Assembly: GCA_030704615.1 (NCBI GenBank)
Contig: CM060731.1
Location: forward strand, 24,180,001 to 24,244,000
Source: Takakia lepidozioides
Lineage: Eukaryota; Plantae; Bryophyta
Length of the DNA stretch: 64,000 bases
Direction: 5' to 3'
Part shown: positions 11,416-24,164 of the stretch, one piece after another
How positions within the stretch are numbered: position 1 is the stretch's first letter
How the letters are laid out: the number at the start of each line of letters is the position of its first letter
Made by a program: the position numbers and the translations under genes
Notes under the pieces: generated by a model
Told to the model about the DNA's origin: nothing
The model's input: only the letters and a program-made list of their open reading frames with translations
Database searches by the model: none

Positions 11416-13610
11416 GTTTTATCTTCTCTATCTCTCTCATGTTGTTTTTCACTCGACATCCAAGCCCATATTTACGGTTCTTCCAACAATGGTGTCTTGC
11501 TGACGCAGTACTCTAAGCTAGACACCTTCAAATCTTTCAACTTTGTGCGACATTCTGCTAAACAGCAATAGCATTGCATCCGATAGATCGATCTCTTCGT
11601 GTGCACACAGTTTACAATGCTCGTCTTTGGGTCAAGTCACCCTTCTCCCGTTCAGTAAGCCTCTTTAATTGTTCTTTGGCCCCACTCAACTATCTATCAC
11701 GCTTCACATTTTGGGTCCTTAACCTTAGCACGTGAATTTTCTTTGGGGTTAATTTCTTATGGTGGTTTGATGTCGGCCAGGCTCTCAGAGTCTGATACAT
11801 GTATGTAAGTAACTCTAGTAGATTGCAAGTCGATGAACTTGAAGTCTCGCACTTGCTCATGTAGAGGTCCATTCTCCATGGATAGGCGGCCCAGTTTAGC
11901 CTAGCAGTTTGCCAGTCTTCTCATATACTGTACCCCCTGCCATGCAATTAAAAGGAGCGTGAATATCGTATAACTGATATCCTCGACCATCGATGGCCCG
12001 ACCATTCTTGCGCCTTGCAGCCTGCAAACTGTCTAGCCATATTTGTCATGAACTAGCTCTGCCACGGTATCTCGTTCTGCACTCTTTCAAAACCACTCTC
12101 AAGACTCAAGATCAATTACCAACATTCCGTGGAAGGCGTGAGAGAATGCGTGCGGCTGGAGGTGAATATTATATATTGCCAAGCATGAGGTTTAGTTGCA
12201 TAATTAGTCTGAAGCATCGCTAGCGGCAAGTCACCTGCATATATCGTTGCCGGCAACTTTGCTGTAGCAGTGCAACAACTGAGATCTTGGTTTTATGAGA
12301 GACGAGAAGTCGGGTTGGAATGCTCAAGAAGTCTGGTCCCAATGCTTCAAGGCCTTTCCACCATGGGATTGAACTATACGAAGTAGTTAATTAGGGCTAG
12401 TACAAAACACGGTACATATGACTCTAGATCTCCTCTAGATATGACTACGAATTGAGTCGTGCCGACCACATATGAGTGCACGACTAGTTAATCTGGAATA
12501 CATGGCAGGAGGTTGAATAGTTGTGTAGGCGACTAACACCACATGTGTGCAGATAGCCGTGAATAGAATTGTTTACCCGGCAGATCAGCCGCTGACTGCA
12601 TCACAGGGAAGGTCTTTGAATTTGAGAATCCGTCCAGTTTGGGTCTTGTCTCGGACCTAGGCTTGAGGGGCGACTGACTGCCGCTTCCAGCTCGTGATTA
12701 GTTTGCGAAAAAGAAGCTTAGCAGAAAGTTTGACCCTCAACGTGGATGGAGAAAAAGAAAGACTTTGGACAAGAGCTCTTGAAGAATGGCAGCTGATGCA
12801 GGACCTACATGTTGCTTGTCACCAAGAATCCCGGCCCTGGGTTGGACTTTGTGTCACCCAGGAGGACAAGTTACCTGTTCAAGCCGGCTTTTTAGATCGT
12901 TTCGAGCTTCTCGGAGCCGTCCTTCTATGTCAGGCTTGTCTTTTATAGAAAAGATGATGGCCCGTTGCGGGATTCTGTACATACTTGTAGCCCCCACCCA
13001 AACGCAGTGGTAGCGGAGGTTGCTTGGGGTGACATGGCGGAGAATATTGTTGTCATTCAGCAGCGTGAACGTTTCCCCGCCCTCCTGTCTGCTTTTCCGA
13101 AGAGAGTGGACACGATCGGATTGACCACCTCAATGGGCCCCACATTGTCAAGCCCACTTTTGCCTCCCTCATTCACCTACTACTACTATCTCCCTCCGTC
13201 GTTTCTTTCTCTTCACGTTGACTCCCGACCCCCGAGTCTCACGTGTTCTCGGTCTGTATGACTAGCACGAGGGTGCCTACAAGCAGACGGGCCACATGTC
13301 CACCGGCCTTGACAAGACTGAAGATGATAATAGTAGCTAGCCTGCGGAGGTTTACTAAAAACCTTCCATGTTTCCAGATATATCATTGTATGATAGTGTA
13401 TCATAGTAGTGTAGTTTAAGATTCTTTCAGGTGTCACGTAATAGCTACCACGTTACGCGTTGAATTCCAATGTTCAGCCTGAGCTGGGAAGTCTGGAACG
13501 CATTACAGGATTTTGTCAACATTCAACATCGATCTCAAATTTTAGTCGTATTTTCTTAATTGAAAGAGAGCTGAAGCAGCAGACTCAGTTTTCAAGCCAC
13601 AAAAAGAATA

Positions 13611-16600
13611 ATGAAGATTAAAGCGGTTACGAATGAGCAGGTGCATAATAAGCATGACGGCTTGGACAAGGAGAATGGGAGGTCCGATACGGTGTACAAT
13701 GGGGACACTCCCAAGCTGGATGCTGGAGCTTTGTTTGTCCTCGAGTCCAAAGGTGCGTTTCCGATACCACCAGGCTTTTCAGATTTTTCCGTCAAATTCG
13801 GTACTCGAGGAGTTTGTGAATCCTTGGCATCTTTTGGGTAGCACATATGTGCAGGTGGGTGGATGATGGGCACCCAAATACCTGTACGCACCGCAATCCA
13901 AAGACATGCCCTGTCTGCGTACCATGGGCTATTATTAGAATAAACATCTGCCAAGCATTGACAGTGATTCTTTGTGATGAGGGAGTTGAGAAATGAACAG
14001 CAATGTAACAGTCCGTAATCGCCAAGAGCTCTTCAGATATTCTCTGGTTGTTGCCTGCAGTTAACATATTTTTCTTTTCTCTGGTACTCTGCACAGGGAC
14101 ATGGGTGCACGCGGGGTTCCATCTGACCACATCTATCGTCGCCCCAGCACTTCTCAGCTTTCCCTATGCATTTGCTGGCTTGGGGTGGGGTCCTGGTATT
14201 TTGGCGCTAGTAGCCGGTGCTGCTGTCACTTTCTATGCCTACAATCTCATATCTAAAGTGCTGGAATTCGCTGAGCTGCAGGGCCATCGCAGCCTCCGTT
14301 TCAGAGACCTAGGAAGTCATGTTCTTGGTATGCTTTTTCAGGGCAAGAGTACCGTACTTTTGTTAAATGAGCTAACAAATGATTGTGGAGTTCCCCCTCA
14401 GCAAAAGGCTCTTTCGACATTGTTTATCTGGGTCTTACTGAGAATGTGGGCTTTTGATCCAGCAAAGAGAGAGCGTTAGTCAATGTCTTCATTGCCCAAT
14501 CAAAGGAGTTTTCAGGTTTCAGGAGGTTGTAACGAGTGGGATAACAACAGAAATCCACTAAACCAAACCCTCCTGGTCTGTTGAGGGTATGTCGAACAAC
14601 TGCCTGACTGAGCATTGCTTTGTCTGGAGTGAGTTTGGTTGGTTTCTGACTCCCAGTCAAATGTCCCATGGGTATGTGCAGGACGTAAATGGGGCTTATT
14701 TTTTATCGCACCAATTCAAGTTGTTGTATGCATTGGCGCTGTAATTGGCGCTGCCCTACTTGGTGGTCAAAGCATGAAGGTATGCCTTCATTCATCTGCA
14801 GTCTGAGTAATTCATGGCAATGGACTTGTCTGCCCTGCTCAAGCCTGAGGGATTGCCATGCATTGAGGTGTGGATGGAAGCTTGTGGTGTTTCTTCCACT
14901 TTTGTCACTAACAATCAATGCATTATCATCTGCAGATAATATATTACATCTACAAACCGCAAGGTCCTGTGCAGCTTTATGTGTTTATCATTGCGTTTGG
15001 GGTGCTGATGATGCTTCTCTCCCAATTGCCATCATTCCACTCACTGCGCTATATCAACTTGGCATCACTCCTTCTCTGCCTTGCCTACAGCCTTTGTGTG
15101 GTCGCCGGCTCAATCTATGCAGGTCGGTCATCATCCCCTATTATGACCATTTGTCGTAAGGTCTAGCCACTTGTGACTAGGCCCATGCTTATGGGAGTTA
15201 TTAGATGTGTTCACTAGTAAAATGCAATTTTCAATCACTGCAATGTCCCTGCAACAACCAGTTGAGGACTTTAACTGCGGGTCTTCCATTACTGCCCCAG
15301 ATACTCTTCTCAGCGCTCCAGTGAGGTGGGGGTCACTGCTGAAATCTGCAGCTACTATTGAAATGTCCTCCAGTCTGTACTTGGAAAACCAACCCCAGTA
15401 GACAGCTTGACCTTGCTGAGGTACAGAACAAGCTCCAGTGCTATGGAAAGAGAGTGCTGTGACTATGTAAGATACAACACCTATGTGAAGAAGGATGTGA
15501 TTATAGCTTTGGGATGGGACTAGTAAGGATTGAACTTATGAAAGTCTCATGTAATTATCTTGTTTCTGGAGGATTTTCTGGATTAGATCATGTGTCTAAT
15601 GACAATGATTTACTGGGCTGAACGAGCAACAGTATTGATATTATACGTATTGCATGGGAGGGGGTGAACTTGAGAAAAATCTCTGTTACGGCAGGCCATT
15701 CCAGGGAAGCTCCACCCAAGGACTACTCTCTGTTGGGAAGTAGGACAACAAAATTGTTCGGGGCTTTCAATTCTCTGGCTGTTATTGCCACAATATATGG
15801 AAATGGCATTATCCCAGAAATCCAGGTATCACTTCTACCTTCTCTGTGTTTGTTGGTGAACCATCCATGGTAGACCCTTGTGCTAAATGAACCACCTGTG
15901 CTTCCAAGCATTCTCCAGTCATAGGTCAATCTTTACACAAAACCTAAGAGGCACACTTGCCTCTTGGGCAATGCTGTGGCCCCACACATCATCAGAGTGC
16001 TTTTTTGCATGACTACTCTTAGTTGAAGGGCTTTGATCTCTGTACCCACAATCAATTTAGTTCCATGGCAATGGTTGTCGAACAGAAATATTGGTCTTAT
16101 GAGCAGCTCTAAGCTTCATTATATGAATATATTAGTGCAAACTTCCTTACATAGTCAAGAGGGGGTAGCTGAATGGTAAGTAGCCTTGTTACTTTGCTGT
16201 TCAGGCAACGTTGGCGCCCCCTGTATCTGGGAAAATGTTCAAGGGCTTGTCTATCTCATATGCAGTCGTGTTATCCACTTTCTTTCCCGTTGCATGTTCG
16301 GGATATTGGGCCTTTGGTAATCAATCTCAGGGCAACATTTTCAGCAATCTGGTACCAAGTGGCAGTGTTTCTCTCATCCCAAATTGGCTTACGTTTATGG
16401 CCAACATTTTTGTTATTGCACAGCTTTTTGCTGTGGCGCTGGTAAGTCTCAAAAATCCATTTGGCCATTTGAGTTTGAAGGACAGATATAAGCTAGAAGC
16501 AGGGGGACTTCCACTTCCTGTTCCATGTTTGCTTCCCAGTCAACAGGTCTAGTTTCATGTCGATTAAAAAATTATCATATGACTAATATGGCCCACTTAC

Positions 16601-17096
16601 TGTATGGATGCTACCCTGCCATTCAACAGTACATTCCCCAACTGTTGTGACAGATAGTAGGCCTTTTGTTCTGAATGCCATATATTGAGCAGACTGTTGA
16701 TGGGTAACTGTTTAGGTGTACTCCCAACCAACATTCGAAATATTTGAGAGCCGCTCATCGGATGTGGCACATGGCAAGTTTTCACTGCGCAATCTCGTGC
16801 CCCGGTTGATCGTAAGATCTCTGTTTGTGGCTGTGGCAACTCTCATAGCTGCAGCATTTCCTTTTTTTGGTGACATAAATGCCATCATTGGTGCATTTGG
16901 TTTTATTCCCTTGGATTTTGTCCTCCCCTTTGTCCTCTATACAGTCACTTTCAGACCATCACCTCGGAGCATCATCTTTTGGGTGAACTATCTGATCATA
17001 TTCGTGTATACTGTCGTAGGGGTAGTTGGTTGTATTGCAGCAGTCCGCCAAGTCGTACTTGATGCAAGTAAGTACCAACTATTTGCAAATGTGTAG
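13611..17096 (+). CDS. GAT1: GABA transporter (GAT1-like, AAAP family), 7 exons, ~468 aa
   Basis: Exons 13611-13752, 14097-14327, 14682-14779, 14936-15122, 15695-15825, 16205-16441, 16716-17096, all GT-AG and in frame. Motifs [55 protein letters not shown]. Confidence 0.93.
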
Positions 17097-20000
17097 TGAT
17101 GTTTGTGGGCCTCCAGACTCCCAATACACCATTACACTCCCAGTATCACATCTGCAAAGACTCTATTGAATAGGAAAATGATACATATTTCCTGATAGTT
17201 TCAACAGTTTCAGCTGAGAAGATAGCTACGAAAATAGACTCATACATGCTAGGAGGGAATACAGTCATGTTCATTCGTGTATTGAAACAATTCCTATATT
17301 CATTCAGGTGTCAACTCAACACCTTGGTTGGTGTACAGATTAAGAACATCAATATTGAGTCAGAAGCATCATACAAGATCTACTTGCTGTATTGCATGTA
17401 TTCAAGGACCATTTCTTGGCTGGACACTGTCAGTTTGACATCATTTAGAAAAGGTGTGTGCATAAGGGAATGTGGAAGCTGCTTATTTTCTATCACATAA
17501 GAATTAGTTTGAATGCAATGGTGAGCACTTGGCACTTTCTTAAAACCATCTTCTGAAAGAAATATCTCCAGTGTATTGGCTACTGCGGAGTAAGCAAGTT
17601 GGCAACTGTCAAAAGTTGCTGCCAAGTAATAGATGGGGCCCGGGAGTTGAATGCCAGGGCCCGGTTCCATAGAACCCCCCGCCACCCCACGCCCTCCCAC
17701 GCCTCATGATCCTGCTGCCAGGACATGACACACATGCCCTCTCCCGCATCCCCATCCCGCTCTGCCCTCATGCATGGCATCGTCCTCCATCCCCCATGCA
17801 TGCCTTAACCTCCATCCCCCCATGCATGCAATAATCCTCCCCATGCATGCCATTGCATCCATATGATGGGATTGCATGTAAAATGATGAGAGAATACACG
17901 TACCAGCTCTCGCTTTCGTTGCTATTGTTGGCGTATCCCGTCCCGTCATGCACGTCAATTTTGTGGACAGAAGTGGGCAATCGTTCTACGATGCAGGATG
18001 TTTTCGCCGTGTTCAAAGGTTGCAACGCTTCCGCTCCAAACGTTCGTTGCATGCAGGTCCTTATTATCACTCTAGAACAATCAACTTTGTCATTTGTCTT
18101 CTCCGGATTTTCATTCTGCTCTTCCTCCAGGTTATACTTTGCGGGTGAGTGAGTTCTACAATGAGCATCCGAAGCCCAATCATCTCTGGCACGTTCCGTT
18201 CTTTGTTGGTTCTTTGACACATATTGCGTGCATAGGTTCACAAATGTGCATACAGTGAAACATGGTTTTGTTCCTTCGTGACAACTAGGGATACTGAAAA
18301 CGAGGGAACAGGGCAATCATGAAACTACGACTATTGCACTGTGTCTATCTTGCCCTAAATGCACAATACCCATAACTCAGGTATCGTTTTCTCACTACAA
18401 TAGTTAGCAAAGTGCAAAAGTGGGCCTATTTGCTAGTTATGGGCATTTAATGCAAGCATTCACATGGAGCTGAGGTGAAGAGTTTGTTACTTTGTTGGTA
18501 TTTTCAGATCCTAGAGAGACCAGTAAGACATAAAGCTGCCCACTTTCCTATTTGTGATGCCGTACTACAAGGATTGAAGGTGAAGGGCATCACTTCCCAC
18601 AATTCATTGGCTCGCTCCAGGGACGTGCACATATGTTCTATCACATTTTTTCCTTCCAAAACAGTAGGTGCATGATCACTCTCCATATTGAGATATGTCA
18701 TATTATCTGCAGTCCTTGCTGAGGATTTATGTTGGGCAGTGGATGTGTAGGTTTGCACGCTGCTGCAAGTGTTGGCAGACTCGGCAATCACGATGAAGGA
18801 GAGCAAAATGATAGAGAACCGGAGGGAATAATGCGAGATACATGATACCGATGAATACGAGGAGCTCATATGTGAGGCCTACTCGACTAGGGCAAAGGGT
18901 CCATGAATCTGAAACGTCTACCAGATGACAATACAGATGCATATATTGTGCTCTGGTTTTTGTGGATAAAAAGAAACTCAACTTGCACATGATAGATGGT
19001 TGTATGAAGCATGGGGAAGATGAGGGTGTCCTCAAAATGTATCATGTTTTTTAACCAAGCCATAGGGTTATTATGGAGGATGTCCTCAGGCGCCATAAGT
19101 TGATGTCACCTCTTAAAACCACAAGCAAGAAAAAGCTTCCTTCCTCCCATCCACCAGTGTCCCAAGACATAGGTGATCATCATTGGAAATCATCAAGGAC
19201 GAACAGGTCGCACGGTCAAGTGCTTGTGGCATTCGACAAAGAGCCGAAATGCAGGAGGGTTCAGTTTTCCAATCTACTAAGGGCCCTTCCTCCCATCATC
19301 CAAGGCATGACAAAAATATCACATCAGGTAATCTTCCTCCTGACAACTCCAATAAAGGGGCTCCAACCGGGGGTTTGAGGGCAAGGAAGGTGCATGCGTC
19401 GCTCTCAATAGCAAGCAACAAACTAAGCTGCGTGCCACGACCTCCGATCCTCCACTTCCTTGCTCTAGGGAGGAGGAATTTTCTTATTTCATCAACAAGT
19501 CCAAAACTTTGACTTCATCCATTGAAGTTCCAAAAAACCCTACACATGTTCGATGTCCTGGCCTTTACACCCTACTGTAGTATGAATTATTTCCTCAACC
19601 CTTCCCAAGCATAGAAGATGCTCACTTTCAAGAGTCCTCAGGCAGGTCATTGAGGCGGAGGACTTTGTTGGACATAACTTTGGCGGAGCCTATGGTCGGT
19701 GGTGGATCAATAGACAGGTGAGTTCGTATGACATTTGTTCATGCACATATTTATTTTTCTTTTGCATTTCCCTTGTACATGCTCATGTTCAGGGTCTGCA
19801 ATCCAACTGCATCTCTGAAAATTTTTGTGTATGAATGTACTTGACCTTCACGTGCAAATTTCCCTGTGAACCAGCCTGAAGCACCAGAGGAGGAAAAGGA
19901 TGATGTCTTGGAGACCATGGCTATGTGGGCAAAGAAGTCTGGCGTTTCCTGTGATTATGCGGTTGTCTACAAAGAGTGCACAGCCGTTACATCCTACCAT

Positions 20001-21466
20001 TAGTACATGACTGCCCTTGCAGCCTGTGAAACGAAAGAAATAGCAAGACAAGCAGAGTTGGAGGTCATCAGGAACCAGTACGTTGAAGACCAGCTGGCTG
20101 CGTGGGATGCCAATTTCTATCGGGAAAATGAAGAGCGTCAGTGGGGTTGGTCCCTATTTACACCATCGTGCATAACGGAAAGGTGCATGCTTCCCTTCCC
20201 ACTTTAGTGAAACCACTGGCACCTGGAATCCATCCTCCTGCGTGAAGTGTTTGCAACGTACCGCAAGATAGGGCTACCTGTGAAATGCCTATTAATTTTG
20301 CAGGTGTTGCGGACTATCTGAATGTCATATGCCATTAGTATTGAGGCAGTTTCATCACCTGCAAACATATTGTTGCATGACGTGCTGGTTGAACTTATTG
20401 GAACCGCGGAGGGCAATTGCATGCTTAAACATGCGTTAGCTTGAAAAATATATATTAATAAGTAATTTCAAACTTTGATTTGATTGTCGTTTCAAAACAA
20501 TCCTAATGATGGATCTCAAACCATGGTCAAAACTAGTTTTACATGTTCACTTCCTATTAATTTAAAAATTTAATGAATTCTTGTAGCTCATGATAACCTA
20601 TAGAGTACTATTGATTTTTGTATAGTAGTATATAAGCAAACATCCATTTCAATCTAATTGTATCAAGACCATGACAAACATAGAGACTTGAAGATTTTTC
20701 AAGGAATTGTTAGACTATGAAGAGGAATTCAGAAAGTTGTGGAAGTCGTGAATGTGTTTTTTAGGTTTTTTTCCATTGAGAAAAATGATACAGTTCCCCT
20801 ATGTGAAGTGGACTTGTTTTTTATAACTATTTCTATACACGTTACAATAATTTCAAATAACTTTGCAATTGATCAATGCATTTTCATGTAGGTTTCGTGA
20901 CTTGTAACTACTAATTTATGAGTACCTAGAAAGCGACAATATCAAATGAGTCGTTATACACACAGTAAGCAGATACGTCATTCAATAAGAATTTTGGTGT
21001 CAGAATTATGACCAAGCAAAACAAAGATGCACGAGAGTTGTACCCATGATGTTGTGGGGCGCCTAAGTACTCAAGTTGTAATATGCTCTCAAGCTCTCAT
21101 ATGTACTCAAGCTTGCTTCTCTCAGGTCGGGTACTCTCCCTTACAAGTGCAAATCAATTACATAAACTAAGTTAAGCTGCCAATGGCACCATGTTAGAGG
21201 AATCGATCAGTTATTAATCCTCACCACATAGCTCTCTTTTAAGAGCTTGTGCTATGGAAGCTCAACTAGAAGAAGATGAGTCTCCTCCACCCACTGCATG
21301 GAGATTTAAGGTTGCCCATGTCGCAAGTAAGACTCAATGACACATGGGACCAAATGAAGTCCAACTTAACACCCCAAAATACAAATAAGTGTAAATAGGC
21401 TTAACTAGAAATAGATAAATACTATTTGAATTAATCATGTCTAAATATATGATGCGTGATCACAAT

Positions 21467-22332
21467 CCTCTGAAATTTTGGTGTCATAATTAGTATAATA
21501 GGCGAGCCATGTCTGAAAACAATAAATTGATCAAACAAGCATAAATTACTGTATTGTTTCATCTAAATTAAAGCTAACTTTTCAAAGTGAACATCTTCTA
21601 GCTGTCACAATCAATGCAATGCGGTTGTCCAAGAGGTTCAACACGTGGTTGTAATCAATTACATCCAACATGCATCTATAGATTATCATTATATAAATTG
21701 GATGACGTATTAATTGTCAAGGGGGTCCATGATACAATTGAGATATCATTATGTTTAAAACATGATTGATGTTATAGTTCGAGTCAAAACGTCAATATTG
21801 ACAAGTTTAATCATTTAATTGAAATTTCATTGAATCGGACACATAAGCAAACAGACTGCACATACACTTTAAATTTTAGTTTATTAAAATATTATATTGT
21901 TCTTCTTATAATTAATTATTAACATTGGTAACTCTTTGGCACACAAAATTAATATTGTCAACACACAATTAGCAATGTTGTTGGACCTCTGAAATTTTGA
22001 TCAAGTGTCGGTATGGTAATGCTAGCAATGTTGTCGGACCTCTGAAATTTTGGTGTCATAATTAGTACAATAGGTGAGCCATCTCTGAAAACAAAAACTT
22101 GGTAAAACAAGCATAAATTATTGTATTGTTTCATCTATATTAAAGCTAACTATTCAAGTGAGCATTTTCTAGTTGTCACAATCAATGCAATGCGGTTGTC
22201 CCATTTCCCCCCATACAAAAGTCCTCATATATCTTTATATAGGAGGTTCTAGGTCAACACATGGTTGTGAATTACATCCAACATACATCTATAAATTACA
22301 TTCAACATGCATGATCTGTAGATTATCATTAC
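21467..22332. repeat. AT-rich direct repeat, two copies (~21467-21690 and ~22039-22332)
   Basis: cctctgaaattttggtgtcataattagta...caatcaatgcaatgcggttgtcc repeated with high identity. Confidence 0.85.
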
Positions 22333-22339
22333 TAGCGTA

Positions 22340-22868
22340 GCTTGTACCGTTGGCCCAAGTGTCAAGTGTCCTCTAAGCCCAAGTGTAGATCTTCTATGTA
22401 TCCTAGTGCCTCTCCTACGTCGAGGCCCAAGTGTGACCTCTAGGGTAGCATGTGCCGTTGGCCCAAGTGTCCAGTGTCATCTAAGCCCAAGTGCAATCTC
22501 CTATGTATCCAAGTGCGTCTCCTATGTCGAGGCCCAAGTGCGACCTCTATGGTAGCATGTGCCGTTGGGCCAAGTGTCCAGTGTCATCTAAGCCCAAGTG
22601 CAAGATTTCATATGTATCTATGTATCCCAGGTTGTCTCTTATGTTGAGGCCCAAGTGGGACCTCTAGGGGGGCCTATGCCGTTGGCCCATGTGTGAAGAA
22701 TTGAAATCTAAGACCCAGTGCATCTCCTATGTCGAGGCCCAAGTACGACCTCTAGTGTAGCCTATGTCGTTGGCCCATGTGTGAAGAATTGATATACAAT
22801 AAGACCAAGTGTAATTTTCTCTATGTCCAAGGGCGTCTCCCATATGCATCTCCTATATCGAGGCCCAT
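22340..22868. repeat. Tandem minisatellite built on GGCCCAAGTG subunits (~105 bp higher-order unit); related copy at 35045-35175
   Basis: Repeated gccgttggcccaagtgtccagtgtcatctaagcccaagtg...gaggcccaagtg. Confidence 0.85.
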
Positions 22869-23885
22869 CTATGGTTCGATGGTGGCCAAGACGGTGACAC
22901 CTGGAGGGAGTTGTAGTAGTGTGTGAGGGTTGTCAGGCGACCTTAGATGTGTGAGTACAAGGATTGTGAGGGCAGAGGGGGAGAAATGAACGATAGTGCG
23001 TGCCCATTGGAAAGCTTCTTGGATGATAAGGCCTGGTGGCGGATGGGCAAGGCCTTTGCCATACCATTTATGTTGGGTGGCAAGTCTAGTGGCTCCAAAT
23101 GTGCAGTCTCTAGGGTGGGGGCTGATATATGAGGAAAGCTCCAAAGAGCAAGTGAGTGGGCTTGAGTAGTAAGAGTGGGTGAGTTGGAACGAAGTAATGA
23201 GGGATTTGAGCATATTTGGGGGGATGGCAATGTGTGCATATGCTTGTGTTTGTCTATTGGTGGATTGTGGTTTCTTGGGGGGGGGGGGGTATTTCGGAGA
23301 TAACGCTCTAAGAAGAGCCAACAGATCTCTGTACGTAGCAAAATCCTATCGGGGTGGTTGCAGCTGGCATGTGCTTGAGGCTGAGGCTAGGTAGTTATTC
23401 CATAGTCAGGCGATTCGGTCGTTGGGAATTAGGCCGAGGTATCGGCCGTTAATGGCATAGATATTGGTCATGATATGGAAGGCAGAGCATATTATGGGGG
23501 AGTCGTGCATATTATCTTTGTCGGGATTACATTCAGTAATGGATATGTGTATGTTGGGGGCAGCTAACGGGTTGTGGATGTAGTGGGCGTCCGTGAGTTT
23601 GGTTTGGGAAGTATGTTGTTGGTGGATGTGCATGAGGTAGTTGGTGCTAGTATGTTTGTGGAATGCAGTGAGTAGGGCGAGATTATGAGCGGGTTCACAA
23701 TCGTCATGTGAGCCAAAAAGATCTTTTTCGGTTTGCCATGTATTATTGTCCGATGGGAAGCCAGCCCATTTGCATTAGTAATATGCGTCGAGCAAGTAGC
23801 CCCGAATGAGTCGATTGAGGAATGGGTTTTAACTCCAAGGATATAGCTTCAATGACAAAGGCATTGGGGTTATCGAGAGTTACCT
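22869..23885 (-). mobile_element. LINE fragment (copy 1): chromodomain plus PCIF1-like methyltransferase region
   Basis: CKWAGFPSDNTWQTEKDL (chromo), ITECNPDKD, FQLTHSYYSSPLTC..HPRDCTFGA..WYGKGLAHPP. Homologous to 41700-42560 and 57682-58880. Confidence 0.75.
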
Positions 23886-23980
23886 CAAATTACCTCAGGT
23901 GACATCTGGCTCATTGTTATTATAAATAAAGGCATTCAACGGCCGAAGTGGTGAACTTCAGCAGCTGAAGTGCGACATTC

Positions 23981-24018
<38 letters not shown>

Positions 24019-24164
24019 ATTTAAAAAAAAATTGTCCAAATTACACCTGCCATGGAGAATTTCTACCATAGAGCTATATTAATATCAGTATTGATATACC
24101 CCCAATATAAGATTTGAAATTTACAATACTGATACCATACCATATCAGGCCAAACAAAAACAAC

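Noticed and set aside
10033-11503. Many overlapping Gly/Arg/Pro-rich ORFs up to 240 aa
   Set aside because: Artefact of GC-rich repeats within the non-autonomous MULE; no domain motifs.
22340-22868. CRISPR-like regular repeats
   Set aside because: The intervening sequences are themselves repeated, the context is eukaryotic, and there are no cas genes.
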